Shown in pieces: positions 28,801 to 38,034 of a stretch of 56,471 bases of DNA. The notes below the pieces were generated by a model. It did no database searches and was not told the origin of the DNA. It saw nothing but the letters and a program-made list of their open reading frames with translations. The position numbers and the translations under genes are program-made. The DNA lies in IMG/VR virus record IMGVR_UViG_3300045988_098109, one strand, 5' to 3'. The stretch's first letter is position 1; each line of letters begins with the position of its first letter. This DNA comes from a virus.

Positions 28801-31309
28801 ACAACCATGTGGAACCGTTATGGGGCACACGGGAATAATACGCATACTTCCTGCCCGGCTCCCAGCTAGGGAAGTCGATAGGAACGCGGACTGTGCTACC
28901 GGTAATTTCATCAATTTGAAAAATCAATCCCGTCATGATGATATCCTGCAATACTGCCGAGAACCTGTCGCAGTTGATCCCGTTGATGGTCATACCCTTC
29001 TTCTTGCCGAACCAGCTCTTCATCTGTGCCGGCTCCGGGTCCCAGGTGTTGGCATTGTCAACAAGGGTGATGCAGCAGTTACCGTCACGCACGTCTATGA
29101 TGATATAAGTCTGACGCTCCTTGTCGGTGAAGTTCCCCGTCTGTCCGAGACGCATCTCGTTATGGGGAACGAACTCATATCCGGGACGCGGAACCATCAC
29201 GAATGTCTTCTCGTCGTAATCTGCGGAAGTGATACGGTACTGTATTCTCCGGAAACCAATAAAGTCACCGGTAGTGACGCTTTTGTCATGCCAGAAGCCT
29301 AGGAGGATATCGTCCGGCTTCTGTCCCAGCGGTACACCATCCTCCAGATCAGGGATGACAGTATAGCTGCCGTCACTATTGGCGACAAAGCTTTTTATCT
29401 TCAGCCCTCCGCCGGGACTTATAGTATTATATCCTTCAAAATAGGTCTGACGGTTGAAACGAAGTTCTGGTACACTCAGAGAGCTGCGCAGGACCAAAGC
29501 CTCCAGCTCGGCACGGGCGTCCTCACCGATGTAACCTCCAGAAACACCGGTAACGAAATCACCGAACTTGGCGTATTTCTTGATGACGGTTCCGCCCAAC
29601 AGGGATAATAGGAAACCGGTGCGTTCCTCCGTATCCTTGCGCATGAACATGATCAGCGAGCGCAATGCGGAATACACGTTATGGTCTGTTGCTGGGGTGG
29701 AGTCGTGGCTTCCGATCACATACACACCGCTGCCACCACCGCCCGTATAGGTCTGTCCCTTCAGGGTAAGGCTCTCAACCTTTTCCTCCAGCTCCCCGAT
29801 ACGGGAATAGGCGGCGGTTTCCCCGACAGTATAAACAGGTGAGTCAAAGGAATAATCAAGATTGAATTCAAATCCGATAACCCTTGACTGTCTTCCGTTC
29901 TCGAAATAAGCCTTGTTGATAAGGTTGACCTTTTGACCGATGCTATAGAAATTATGAACGCCATCCTCACGGTATGCGTCATTTGACATCATCGTGCAGC
30001 CATAGGTACTCGGGTCTATCTTGGATTTGGCAGCGTACTTTTCAGTCTTTTCCTTCAACTCCTGCTCGGCGGCACCCACAAGCCCCAGCTCGGTTATTTT
30101 CGTACTGTCCCAGCCGGAAAGCACATATTCATCTCCATCCTGGGGAAAGAGCACATCACCGGGAAGCGGTCTGCCATAGTCCTCATTCCTGACTATCTCC
30201 CAAAGCTGTGCCTCAGGGTTCCATCCGCCATCCTCCAATTTCTCCGGCTTTCCCTCAGGATTGAACTTCACGGCAAACTCCAAACCGTTGAGAAGCCCGG
30301 ATGCGAAACGTATCCTCAGCTCCTGACCGGGGAGGATATATTTCTCGGAAAAGTTAACACCCGTGTCCCTAAAGCGGTAGGCATTCCATTTTTCCTCGGT
30401 GGTTGTGCCGTCCTCATTCTCCACCTTGTCCGTCACTTCGATAGTGGTGACATCCGACATGATGCCTGTTCTTCGAGGATAGACTTCATCGAAGATAACC
30501 ACCTGCTCGACGGCTTCCTCGGTAGTCATATCAGGATAAGCGTCAATGTAAGGAGTGCCTTCGGGAAGCATCAGCCTGCGCTGCACCACGCCGTTCACAA
30601 CCACGGTCTCGTCAACCGGACGGTAGTCAGATGGGATATTCTTTGTTGAACCAAAAGCGTAGATACGGGTGGCATAAGTGGACCGGGATTCTGACTGTGA
30701 CATTTCCTGCACGTTTTTCCCGATTTCGAAATCCACCGCATCGCCAGACTCACAACGTCCGAAATGGATGATGTTTTCAGTCACCCAACATTCGCAATCC
30801 CATTTCTTCGCCATCTCAAAACAAGCGTCAAGGATGTTGATGTTATCGTAACTCATCAACTGGGACTTGTTTTCGACTGTGGAATCAATGGAGAAAACAA
30901 AATCCTGTCCTTTGTATGTGTAACCAAGAGCTTTCAAATTTCTAAGGACTATACCGGCTTGTACGTCAAGCGGGGCGGTCAGGTTCCAGGACGCCTCCTG
31001 TCCGGTCGTCTCCGGGGTATATTTGAAGATTTTGTTTTTCCATTTCCAGTAGTAGGCGTCAAGTCTTAATTCGTAATCGTAGCCGGCGGTATTGGTGTTG
31101 AATGCGGGCTTCTGCAAGTCGCACATCTCGAACAATCCGAAGTTACATTCCACGTATGAGCCAAGTTTGAAATATATGGGATTCTCTAAGGAGAACTTTA
31201 ACATGATGTAGTCCTCCTTCATCAGAGTGAACTTACGCTTGCAGCCTTCATTGATCAAAGTTGTAAGCTGGATAGCACCGGATATGTCTTTGATGTCGAT
31301 TTGTTCCAT
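25874..31309 (-). CDS. Tal-like tail tip protein fused to a long fibre
   Basis: 1811 aa from the ATG at 31309; the ORF-track start at 31366 overlaps a terminator. The N-terminal roughly 570 aa are Tal/tail-tip-like. The remainder is collinear with 17028-20711. Confidence 0.75.
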   Translation of the reverse strand: MEQIDIKDISGAIQLTTLINEGCKRKFTLMKEDYIMLKFSLENPIYFKLGSYVECNFGLFEMCDLQKPAFNTNTAGYDYELRLDAYYWKWKNKIFKYTPETTGQEASWNLTAPLDVQAGIVLRNLKALGYTYKGQDFVFSIDSTVENKSQLMSYDNINILDACFEMAKKWDCECWVTENIIHFGRCESGDAVDFEIGKNVQEMSQSESRSTYATRIYAFGSTKNIPSDYRPVDETVVVNGVVQRRLMLPEGTPYIDAYPDMTTEEAVEQVVIFDEVYPRRTGIMSDVTTIEVTDKVENEDGTTTEEKWNAYRFRDTGVNFSEKYILPGQELRIRFASGLLNGLEFAVKFNPEGKPEKLEDGGWNPEAQLWEIVRNEDYGRPLPGDVLFPQDGDEYVLSGWDSTKITELGLVGAAEQELKEKTEKYAAKSKIDPSTYGCTMMSNDAYREDGVHNFYSIGQKVNLINKAYFENGRQSRVIGFEFNLDYSFDSPVYTVGETAAYSRIGELEEKVESLTLKGQTYTGGGGSGVYVIGSHDSTPATDHNVYSALRSLIMFMRKDTEERTGFLLSLLGGTVIKKYAKFGDFVTGVSGGYIGEDARAELEALVLRSSLSVPELRFNRQTYFEGYNTISPGGGLKIKSFVANSDGSYTVIPDLEDGVPLGQKPDDILLGFWHDKSVTTGDFIGFRRIQYRITSADYDEKTFVMVPRPGYEFVPHNEMRLGQTGNFTDKERQTYIIIDVRDGNCCITLVDNANTWDPEPAQMKSWFGKKKGMTINGINCDRFSAVLQDIIMTGLIFQIDEITGSTVRVPIDFPSWEPGRKYAYYSRVPHNGSTWLCVNDKGTTSEPSENNPDWLVSAAKGDKGDPGLSVIGGGHWESSKTPYEVNTMVTLAGCVFISKVETSNPPIRILRIKGGNFLRKKDGGYYLAGKPADWEVNEDWDMLLDGRELKGESITFLGEFATAPANPKNGDSYRNTTDRATYIYQDGRWQLMISDGKDGKDYEYIYTRGNIIDNPPEKPDSQQKDDYIPEGWTDDFVGVDADHQVEWGCKRFKENGVWSEFSTPAVVHRWSKDGENAIMADFDNEMVNAALTSDGKVVSSQTWNTTVSMWYGTEKLTLDSITCTPDTNLLCATDKNTGVVTISVSAGATLAATNTVKITIRATKNGQQYSRDLTFTVAGVRGGANGADAILYSIVVSATSVSKDKNGNYSVSSVSCYRQKSVGGVISTTTDGTLKYSIDGGAEATINNNTAISSGNFTKTLKFIFYVNDQIVDVETVPMLSDGKDGADGESITAAGHWESANTPYAKNSTVSFAGGSYLSKVQTSNPPLPLLRVRGGRYLRKKDGGYILSGKRSDKAVNSDWQEMTSGVEPSASYWLDSPVSTINFTSTGTPSPSAFVVTMKQNVGGNVSDTNRFYLVARKYNGSWLAHVGATLSNQISVPATAGYTQFAVRAYQSASDANAWNNNFVAEKGVGVANDGAIGATGATGAFPRDRGVFASGQTYVWNADYRDKVIYLIGGVYYNFLVKNYGASVTVAPTSANGDSNWEAMQKFVNIATDTLFADGANVAGFMFKNNVLKSHNDEGETLLINGVTGYFKCKNAEITGTITADKGRIGPFSIASGVLSSKILYENETNKYVGFNLSAGQIEFYNERTFANVRIGGNTQFVTIEGIKYDAGIDIQSPNAMIGMHIKTPSIPLFVEGGNIFLHPNNDSYVSLRGIVGNWRNISVSTSLNNNDDNVMFINTGNIEVTLPPDVPGHTIYFKRMSGGVRLTGGRILPAPGGREVSYIDLDFASGFIKCMGNYWVMFYCG

Positions 31310-31328
31310 GTCTTCAAAGTTCGGGGAT

Positions 31329-31358
31329 AAAAAAAAGAGTGCCCAATTTTGAGCACTC
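31329..31358 (-). terminator. Rho-independent terminator
   Basis: GAGTGC-loop-GCACTC followed by T8 on the minus strand. Confidence 0.65.
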
Positions 31359-31361
31359 ACA

Positions 31362-31389
31362 TACACGACAATAAAACCAATGTCGTGAA
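31362..31389. promoter_or_regulatory. Palindrome TACACGACAAT-N-AATGTCGTG
   Basis: Member of the CACGACAAT/ATTGTCGTG palindrome family (also 42517 and 50452). Confidence 0.5.
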
Positions 31390-31806
31390 TTAGCTTCTGT
31401 TTGCCGGATTTGGCTCGTTAAACTTGGCTGAAATTTTTCCGAAAGTTCGGTCTAAACTCTGTGCGTAAGTGACACTCTTGCCAGTATAAATAAGATGGTA
31501 AACCTCGCTACTATTAGCAGGAATCTGAATATCAACCACACCTTTATACAGCTCATCAAAGAAAGCTTTCTTCTTTGCTTGATAATCAGACTGAGAATTA
31601 CTCTCGATAGTGAACGAAAGAGTTATTTCCCTCTCATCGACTTTAGGATTATTGATTATTACCCGTTTCCCATGTTCAAGTCGGCTTTTGTTCTCAATAA
31701 AATCCTTCATGGAAGCGGATGCCCCAATAACATCAAGAAACCCCTCTCCCATTCTCACACCCCATGTTGTATAAGCGTTTTCGCCATTAATTAATAATTC
31801 ATCCAT
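31390..31806 (-). CDS. Distal tail protein (Dit-like)
   Basis: 138 aa, between the tape measure and the Tal-like gene. Confidence 0.5.
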   Translation of the reverse strand: MDELLINGENAYTTWGVRMGEGFLDVIGASASMKDFIENKSRLEHGKRVIINNPKVDEREITLSFTIESNSQSDYQAKKKAFFDELYKGVVDIQIPANSSEVYHLIYTGKSVTYAQSLDRTFGKISAKFNEPNPANRS

Positions 31807-31809
31807 AGA

Positions 31810-34800
31810 CTATAATTTTGCTGTATTCTTTTTAACTTCTGCTATATCTCTTTGCATCTGTTGAATAGGTTTGACGATTGCCCCTGTATTTTCTGAAATC
31901 TGTACCAATTCAAGATAAGATTGTGCTATCAAATCTCGCGTATCATCAGCGATATTCCTTGTTTCCGTATTTATGGAAAGTAGAGCATCTGCTTTTACTG
32001 TCAGTAGATTAAGTGATTGAGATTGAATAATATTCTGATTCTTTATCTCTTCTCCTGCAATCTGCAATGCTGTAAACCGCCCGTTCAACTCTTCGCCGGT
32101 ATCTTGAGACATGGTTTGGAAACCTTTGCTGCTTGCAGACTGGGAAGCTGCTTCCTGTGAAATCTTGTCATATCCGGTTGCTGCGGCAAGCTCGTCACGG
32201 AGCTTCATGGCTTCGTCCACATAACCCATGTATTCATCCATCAGCTCCTTACGCTCATTATTATCAAGCGTACCATCATCCTTCATGGCTTCACCGAATT
32301 TATCATACCATGTCCTCAGTTTGTCACTAAACTGTTCACCGATGGCATTTGACAGCATCGCCTGCATGAAATATTTGGATATGTCATCAGCAAAATCCTC
32401 CGCACTCTTCTCCATATCCATCAGACTGCTTATAAAACTGTCATACATGGAATCGAATGACATTCCGATCAGGCCCTCATAAAGACTGTCGGTCAGTTCT
32501 TCCAGTTTTCCTGCCTGCTCTATATAATCATCCAGCTTGTCGGTAACACGCTCACCGTAACCTCCCTTACCGGAAGATTCCATGATATCCCATAACCATA
32601 CGTCCGACCGTAGAGCCTTCATCTGTTCGGGGGTCAGATTCCACAAGGAATCGGTGCCGGAGAAATCCTGCATGCCGGTAGCTTTTCTTGCGTGTTCCAG
32701 CATTTCATCCGTCCATTTCAGATAATGCTGCCAGCTGCCGTGGCTCTTATGATATCCGGCTTGCTCCTTTGCTATTTGCAGATAGTTTTTATTGACTTCC
32801 TCCTGATACTTTACAGCTTCCCTGTAAGATTCAACCGATTTCATTCCCTTGCTTGCCTTCATCTCGTCAGTCAGATCCTCGATGGCCGTTTGCAAAGTTC
32901 CATTCCTGTCCGTCAGCCTGTCTATCGTTTCCTGTACTTCCTTGGCGTTTCCACCTATTCCAAACAAGGAGTTGAAGCCTCCGAATGAGATTGCGTTCAG
33001 GATGTTTCCTATGCCGTTCCTCAATGACTTGCCGATTGTGACAAACAAATCCCCTGACAAGACATCACCGATAATTCCACTGACAGCGTTCAGAACAGCA
33101 TCAAGCAGACCACCGACAAGATCACTTAATCCGTCTTTGAGTACGTCAATGATGGACAGAATCCATCCGACAATGGGGACCTCCTTAAGAGATTCTGACG
33201 TTTTTCCTATGACATCCTTGAATCCGTTCACGGTTTTGATAATTCCGCTATATGCGTTATACAATCCACCGGATGAAATCTGCTGCAAGCCTCCCAACAA
33301 ATTTTCCATGCTTGCTTTCAGTATGGTGGCAGTATCAGTCACATTACGCTGGGCCTGATTGGCGATATCAGTCTGTGTCTTCACATTGGCGGATGCAATG
33401 TCAGCATTCTGCCGTGCTGTTTCAAGAGCGTTTGCTGCGGCTTGTTTCTCACTTTCCGTTCCGCCCTTCTGCGCTTTGGTGTAATCATCCTGTGATTTCT
33501 TTAGTCTTTCCAAAGCAGCTGTTTCAATCCCTATGGCACTGATACGATTCTGTTCTGCTATTTGATAGGCTTTTACATCCTCTCCAAGTTTCTTGAAGTT
33601 GACTCCACTTGTACCACCCAAAGACTTTTCCATCTGGCTGATGGCGTCAATCAATGATTTTTGGCTTGCCTGATCGGAGTTCTTGAACTTGTCAGTCCGT
33701 ACATATTTTTTCGCTTCGTCCAAGGCAGGCTTTATCATGTCGGAAAACATGGAACCAAACTCACCGAACACAGTAACCCAATCTATATTGGCTTTTATGG
33801 CTTCTGTTTCCTTGTTCTGTATGGCAACATCACGTTGTTTCTCCAGTAACTTTACTTGTGCACTATTAACACCGTTTTCTTCCTGTGCTTTCCTTATTTT
33901 TTCCGCATACTCTTGGGCGATAGCCAATTTCTGCTGCTGGAACGTGCCATATTCTTTCAAGTAGTCGTTCAAAGCCTGTTGTTCGGCTTTCAGCTGTCCT
34001 TCAGTTACATCGGAAATATCTTTATCTCTCATACTTTCGGCATTGGTATAAGCTTCTGAAATTTTCTGTGCCTGCTTGTCGGTCAGCTTACCGTTACCGG
34101 CTTTGCTCCATTCTTCCTCCTGTTTTCTTATCGCATCAATCTGTTTCTGATAATCAAGGTCAATCTGTTTCAACTTCTTTTCCGTGCCTTCTCTCATCAG
34201 GTTGATTTCATCCTGTTGGTTCTGACGGTGAAGTGAAAGAAGTTGTTCGGCTGTCTTTTTTTGTTCTTTTTTTTGCTTTTCAGCAGCTTTTTCCTGCTTG
34301 GTCAAAGAACTACCAGTAATACCGCCCAAATTTTTATAGGCTTTTTCAGTTGTTTCTACTCGTTTCTTAGCTTCTTCATACAGCTTTGAAGTAAACTTGG
34401 ATTTATTCTTTTCTATTTCAGAAAGTTTCTTCTTAGCATCATCCCAGTCTTTCTTCGCTTTCTCATAATCCTGCTTGTAGGTAGTTTTATTCTTCTCTGA
34501 ATCAATTCGGGTTTGCTTGACTGATTTTGCTGTATCTATAAGTGTTTTTATGTCTTTCACATTATAGATTGCTTCATCAGACAAAGTACCCTTAATATCA
34601 ATAGGCAAACGAAGTTTCACAGTTCCATTTTCCCCCTTTCCTCTGATACGCTTCTCCAACTCAGAGATGTAGCGGTCAAACTCATTAGTATTAACATCTT
34701 TAAGATTGGAAATGAACTGTTCGGAGATGCCTTTGCCTTTTTCTTGCAGCATGACATCACGCATAGCACGCAATTCTTTTAGTTTCTTCACATATCCATC

Positions 34801-36633
34801 AACGCCTTGCTGACCGGAAAGAGTTTTCAGCAGATTCTCGTAATATTTGATTTCAGATTCAATGTTAGAAAGTTCCTTGGTTTGCTTTTCTCCGGCACGT
34901 TTCGCATCTTCTTCCGTTATCTGTTGCTTTAGTTTAAGTATATCAGCCAACTTAATGGTTTCGATGTCATATTGAGCGAATATCTTAGGGTATTCTTTTC
35001 TTAACTCCGCTAAACTTCGACCTCTTTGTAAATCCGACAACGCTATATCACGAGAACTTTGTACGAGGGAATCAATCTTCTGTTTGTGTTCTTCTTCTTG
35101 CTTTTTAGCTTCTTCTTGCTGTTCATTAAACCTTCTCTGTGCCTTTTCTGCTTCTGTTGCCGAATCGCGGAAAGCCAACATTGCAACTCCAAGTCCTACT
35201 ACAGCAGTAGCCAACAACACATAAGGATTGGTAAGCATTGCAGCGTTTAAAGCTAACTGCGCTTTTCGTGCCAATAAACGGGCATTGGTAAGTCCAATCT
35301 CCACAAGAGTATGTTTACTTTCGGCAGCAGTAACAAGCATCACTGCGGTCCGGTATGTACCATAAGTAACCACTAATCCAGCCAAGATTCTACCTACTGT
35401 TTCATAATTCTGAATCAACGAAGTTGTCATTTGAATACCGTCCATGATAACACTTTCCGACTTTGTTCCCAATTCGTTAAACACGGAATCCAAAGCATCC
35501 TGCATCATAGACAACTGACCATTGATAGTCTTTGAAGCATTCTCAGACATATTATAGAACTTACCACCTGCGGAAGTTGCATCAATGAATGCCTGTTGAA
35601 CCATTTCAGCGGAAACAGCACCTTTGGACATTTCATCTTTCAAAGTTGCGATAGATTTTCCGGTCTTTTCGGAGATAATCTGTAACGGGTTGAATCCAGC
35701 GTTTATCATTTGATTCAAATCCTGCCCCATAAGTTTACCCGCTGCTGACATCTGTGAAAATGCCAAAGTTAGCGAATTGAACTTACTGGATTCCCCCATA
35801 GAAATATCACTAATGGCTTTCAAGTATTTGATAGTGTCTTCTGCTTGTATGTTAAATCCAAGCATCATCTTTTCTGCTCCAACCATATCTGACATAGTAA
35901 GTGGAGAAATCTTAGCCAGCTCCTTGATTTGCGGAATCAGTTGTCCTGCCATATCCTTTCCAACCATAGTCTCAATAGCGGTCTGCATGGATTGAAATTC
36001 TCCACGAACACGAATCATTTCAGAACCTAATGCCTTTAATACTCCAGCACCACCAATAACCGCCAATGCTTTCTTCCAAGAAATAGCGATACCGTTGTTA
36101 CTCTCTACGATTTCCTTAGCATTATCATTGTAAAGGGCGTATTCATCCCGAAGTTTCTTTACGGAAAGACGCGCTTCGGCTTGTTGTTGGGTTAATCCAA
36201 ATAAAGCTGCCTTTTCTTCATCAAGAGCTTTGCGGGCAGCATTGTATTCTTCTAACTTGCTATTTGCTGATAACGGATTCCTTTTCAATGCTATACGATA
36301 AGCATCCCCAAGTCGTTTTACATCCGCTTCAATATCCTTAACTACCGCTTTTTGAGCAAGAATCTTCTCTGTGAATCCATTCACGGCCTGGGAAGCATCG
36401 AAGATTTTCCTTTTGAATCCCGTTTCCATCTCCGCTCCAGCTTTGGCTGCATTAGTCACCAACTCATCCAATCTTTGGTTGGATGCAGCAAGTTGGGCAT
36501 TCAAAGCCTTGAAAGCAGCAGGAGTCTGCGTGCCATCCATGCTCATTAACTCCTGCTTTAATTTTGCAATTTCATTACGAAGTCTTACAACTTCTTCCCA
36601 GTCACTACCTATCTTAAAATATAATTTTGACAT
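31810..36633 (-). CDS. Tape measure protein
   Basis: 1607 aa with extensive coiled coil and a central hydrophobic segment, located downstream of the chaperone pair. Confidence 0.85.
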   Translation of the reverse strand: MSKLYFKIGSDWEEVVRLRNEIAKLKQELMSMDGTQTPAAFKALNAQLAASNQRLDELVTNAAKAGAEMETGFKRKIFDASQAVNGFTEKILAQKAVVKDIEADVKRLGDAYRIALKRNPLSANSKLEEYNAARKALDEEKAALFGLTQQQAEARLSVKKLRDEYALYNDNAKEIVESNNGIAISWKKALAVIGGAGVLKALGSEMIRVRGEFQSMQTAIETMVGKDMAGQLIPQIKELAKISPLTMSDMVGAEKMMLGFNIQAEDTIKYLKAISDISMGESSKFNSLTLAFSQMSAAGKLMGQDLNQMINAGFNPLQIISEKTGKSIATLKDEMSKGAVSAEMVQQAFIDATSAGGKFYNMSENASKTINGQLSMMQDALDSVFNELGTKSESVIMDGIQMTTSLIQNYETVGRILAGLVVTYGTYRTAVMLVTAAESKHTLVEIGLTNARLLARKAQLALNAAMLTNPYVLLATAVVGLGVAMLAFRDSATEAEKAQRRFNEQQEEAKKQEEEHKQKIDSLVQSSRDIALSDLQRGRSLAELRKEYPKIFAQYDIETIKLADILKLKQQITEEDAKRAGEKQTKELSNIESEIKYYENLLKTLSGQQGVDGYVKKLKELRAMRDVMLQEKGKGISEQFISNLKDVNTNEFDRYISELEKRIRGKGENGTVKLRLPIDIKGTLSDEAIYNVKDIKTLIDTAKSVKQTRIDSEKNKTTYKQDYEKAKKDWDDAKKKLSEIEKNKSKFTSKLYEEAKKRVETTEKAYKNLGGITGSSLTKQEKAAEKQKKEQKKTAEQLLSLHRQNQQDEINLMREGTEKKLKQIDLDYQKQIDAIRKQEEEWSKAGNGKLTDKQAQKISEAYTNAESMRDKDISDVTEGQLKAEQQALNDYLKEYGTFQQQKLAIAQEYAEKIRKAQEENGVNSAQVKLLEKQRDVAIQNKETEAIKANIDWVTVFGEFGSMFSDMIKPALDEAKKYVRTDKFKNSDQASQKSLIDAISQMEKSLGGTSGVNFKKLGEDVKAYQIAEQNRISAIGIETAALERLKKSQDDYTKAQKGGTESEKQAAANALETARQNADIASANVKTQTDIANQAQRNVTDTATILKASMENLLGGLQQISSGGLYNAYSGIIKTVNGFKDVIGKTSESLKEVPIVGWILSIIDVLKDGLSDLVGGLLDAVLNAVSGIIGDVLSGDLFVTIGKSLRNGIGNILNAISFGGFNSLFGIGGNAKEVQETIDRLTDRNGTLQTAIEDLTDEMKASKGMKSVESYREAVKYQEEVNKNYLQIAKEQAGYHKSHGSWQHYLKWTDEMLEHARKATGMQDFSGTDSLWNLTPEQMKALRSDVWLWDIMESSGKGGYGERVTDKLDDYIEQAGKLEELTDSLYEGLIGMSFDSMYDSFISSLMDMEKSAEDFADDISKYFMQAMLSNAIGEQFSDKLRTWYDKFGEAMKDDGTLDNNERKELMDEYMGYVDEAMKLRDELAAATGYDKISQEAASQSASSKGFQTMSQDTGEELNGRFTALQIAGEEIKNQNIIQSQSLNLLTVKADALLSINTETRNIADDTRDLIAQSYLELVQISENTGAIVKPIQQMQRDIAEVKKNTAKL

Positions 36634-36635
36634 AT

Positions 36636-36884
36636 CTATTTCTTTTTCCTACGATTAGCCAATTCCTTACCACTGATTCTATTCACCTTCTGACCACCAT
36701 ATACTGCGCGTAATTTATCCCGTTGCATCATCAGCAGATTCCGATAAGGGATAATCTCAAACACTTCTGTATAACTCAGATGCAGCGTGTCAATCAAATG
36801 GGCTATCTGCCCGAAGAACGTTGTGTTTCCTACTGTTTCGGTCTTGCTGCCAGCATCGACACGTTCCTCATCGAGCTGACACAC
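36636..36884 (-). CDS. Tail assembly chaperone, -1 frame part (gpT-like)
   Basis: Overlaps the 3' end of 36830-37216 in the -1 frame, the canonical G/GT layout. No slippery site could be identified with confidence. Confidence 0.5.
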   Translation of the reverse strand: MCQLDEERVDAGSKTETVGNTTFFGQIAHLIDTLHLSYTEVFEIIPYRNLLMMQRDKLRAVYGGQKVNRISGKELANRRKKK

Positions 36885-37216
36885 TGAAAAGCCGAAATAT
36901 CCATCATAGAGAAACAGACTTCCAAGGCATCTTTGACTTCTTCAAAAGTGCCGTTCTCCAATTCTTTGACCAAACTATCATTCCCGCAGATAAAGCATGA
37001 AATACCTTTCAGCATATCTTCAGTAGCTTCAGGAAGCTCTTTAATAGCTTCCATGACATTATCTCCAGTCATGCCGATATTGGAAAAATGATGAATGGCA
37101 CGACAGATAATTTTAATTGTAGGAGGTTTAATGGTATAAACCATCCCTCCTATCTCCACATTCATGAAATCCAGCCCTAACAAAGCATCAGAAACCGTTT
37201 TTGCTGCTTGATTCAT
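36830..37216 (-). CDS. Tail assembly chaperone (gpG-like)
   Basis: 128 aa, between the major tail protein and the tape measure. Confidence 0.6.
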   Translation of the reverse strand: MNQAAKTVSDALLGLDFMNVEIGGMVYTIKPPTIKIICRAIHHFSNIGMTGDNVMEAIKELPEATEDMLKGISCFICGNDSLVKELENGTFEEVKDALEVCFSMMDISAFQCVSSMRNVSMLAARPKQ

Positions 37217-37221
37217 ATTCT

Positions 37222-37258
37222 TAAACTAAAAGGGGGAATGGTATATATCCATCCCCCG
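37222..37258 (-). terminator. Rho-independent terminator after the major tail gene
   Basis: GGGGGAATGG-TATATAT-CCATCCCCC hairpin, followed on the minus strand by TTTTAGTTT. Confidence 0.65.
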
Positions 37259-37265
37259 GTTATCA

Positions 37266-37475
37266 CTCTTGTGCTTTTACCAATGTTATCTCTTTTTTAA
37301 GAGTGGTATCAACTTCAGAAGGAGTGGTTTTAATATCTCCTGACTGAGTGACGTACCCCACTTTCGACACTTCATAGTGAACGGTAGCCCCAGCATTCAC
37401 CTGCTTTGACTTGACCGTTGCACCGTCCAGCTTTACGGTCGCATCGGAAGGAGTAGGTACAATGATTACTGTAGT
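37266..37475 (-). other. In-frame PEGA/Ig-like extension behind the major-tail TGA stop
   Basis: 70 codons with no start codon, in frame with 37476-38030: TTVIIVPTPSDATVKLDGATVKSKQVNAGATVHYEVSKVGYVTQSGDI... Confidence 0.55.
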
Positions 37476-38030
37476 TCATGCCTGCAAAGCTTTAATCTGC
37501 CCTTCTTCATAGTTATACTCAGAAGAAACACCTTCGATTCCCGGTTCCTGCACCAAGCCTTTTACAGCGATTGCAATTGCCTTATCCGTATTGGCTTCAC
37601 GGGAAACAATACGGCATTTTGGGAAGATGAACCAGACATCATCATCGGTCAGACAGAACAATGCTTTGTTGATAATAACTTTATCCAAAGCACGCTTCCA
37701 ACCTACATCTTTAGATGTTGCCTGAATAACATCGCCACCCATGAACGCTTTCTTGGTCTTCCAGTCATATTGTCCGATAGAGAAAGCGGGCGATACTTCT
37801 CCCGGCACATCATCGTAACGGTAATTCTTTCCCGTTAATTGGTTCTTGTACCCAGTGACGGAGGCTTCCGTTTCCTCAATCTGCCACGTTTCCCCGTGTA
37901 CATTCAAAACCTCATCTTTCGCTTTGATAGCGGCTTGAATCAAAGTCTTTGCGATTTCGGGGGTAATGTCTGCCGTTACCTTATCAATATCGGCAAACAA
38001 GATTCTTTTTATTCCTACTGCTGAAATCAT
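37476..38030 (-). CDS. Major tail protein
   Basis: 184 aa, upstream of the chaperones and tape measure, and followed by a terminator. Confidence 0.6.
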   Translation of the reverse strand: MISAVGIKRILFADIDKVTADITPEIAKTLIQAAIKAKDEVLNVHGETWQIEETEASVTGYKNQLTGKNYRYDDVPGEVSPAFSIGQYDWKTKKAFMGGDVIQATSKDVGWKRALDKVIINKALFCLTDDDVWFIFPKCRIVSREANTDKAIAIAVKGLVQEPGIEGVSSEYNYEEGQIKALQA

Positions 38031-38034
38031 AATC

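Noticed and set aside
17028-31366. Diversity-generating retroelement acting on the fibre genes
   Set aside because: No reverse transcriptase or Avd-like gene is present. The differences between the near-identical patches are not restricted to adenine positions. There is no template/variable repeat pair in the same orientation.
36830-36884. A specific -1 slippery heptamer for the G/GT chaperone frameshift
   Set aside because: The overlap geometry is canonical, but I could not find a convincing X XXY YYZ site in the 0 frame by eye. Only the two ORFs are reported.
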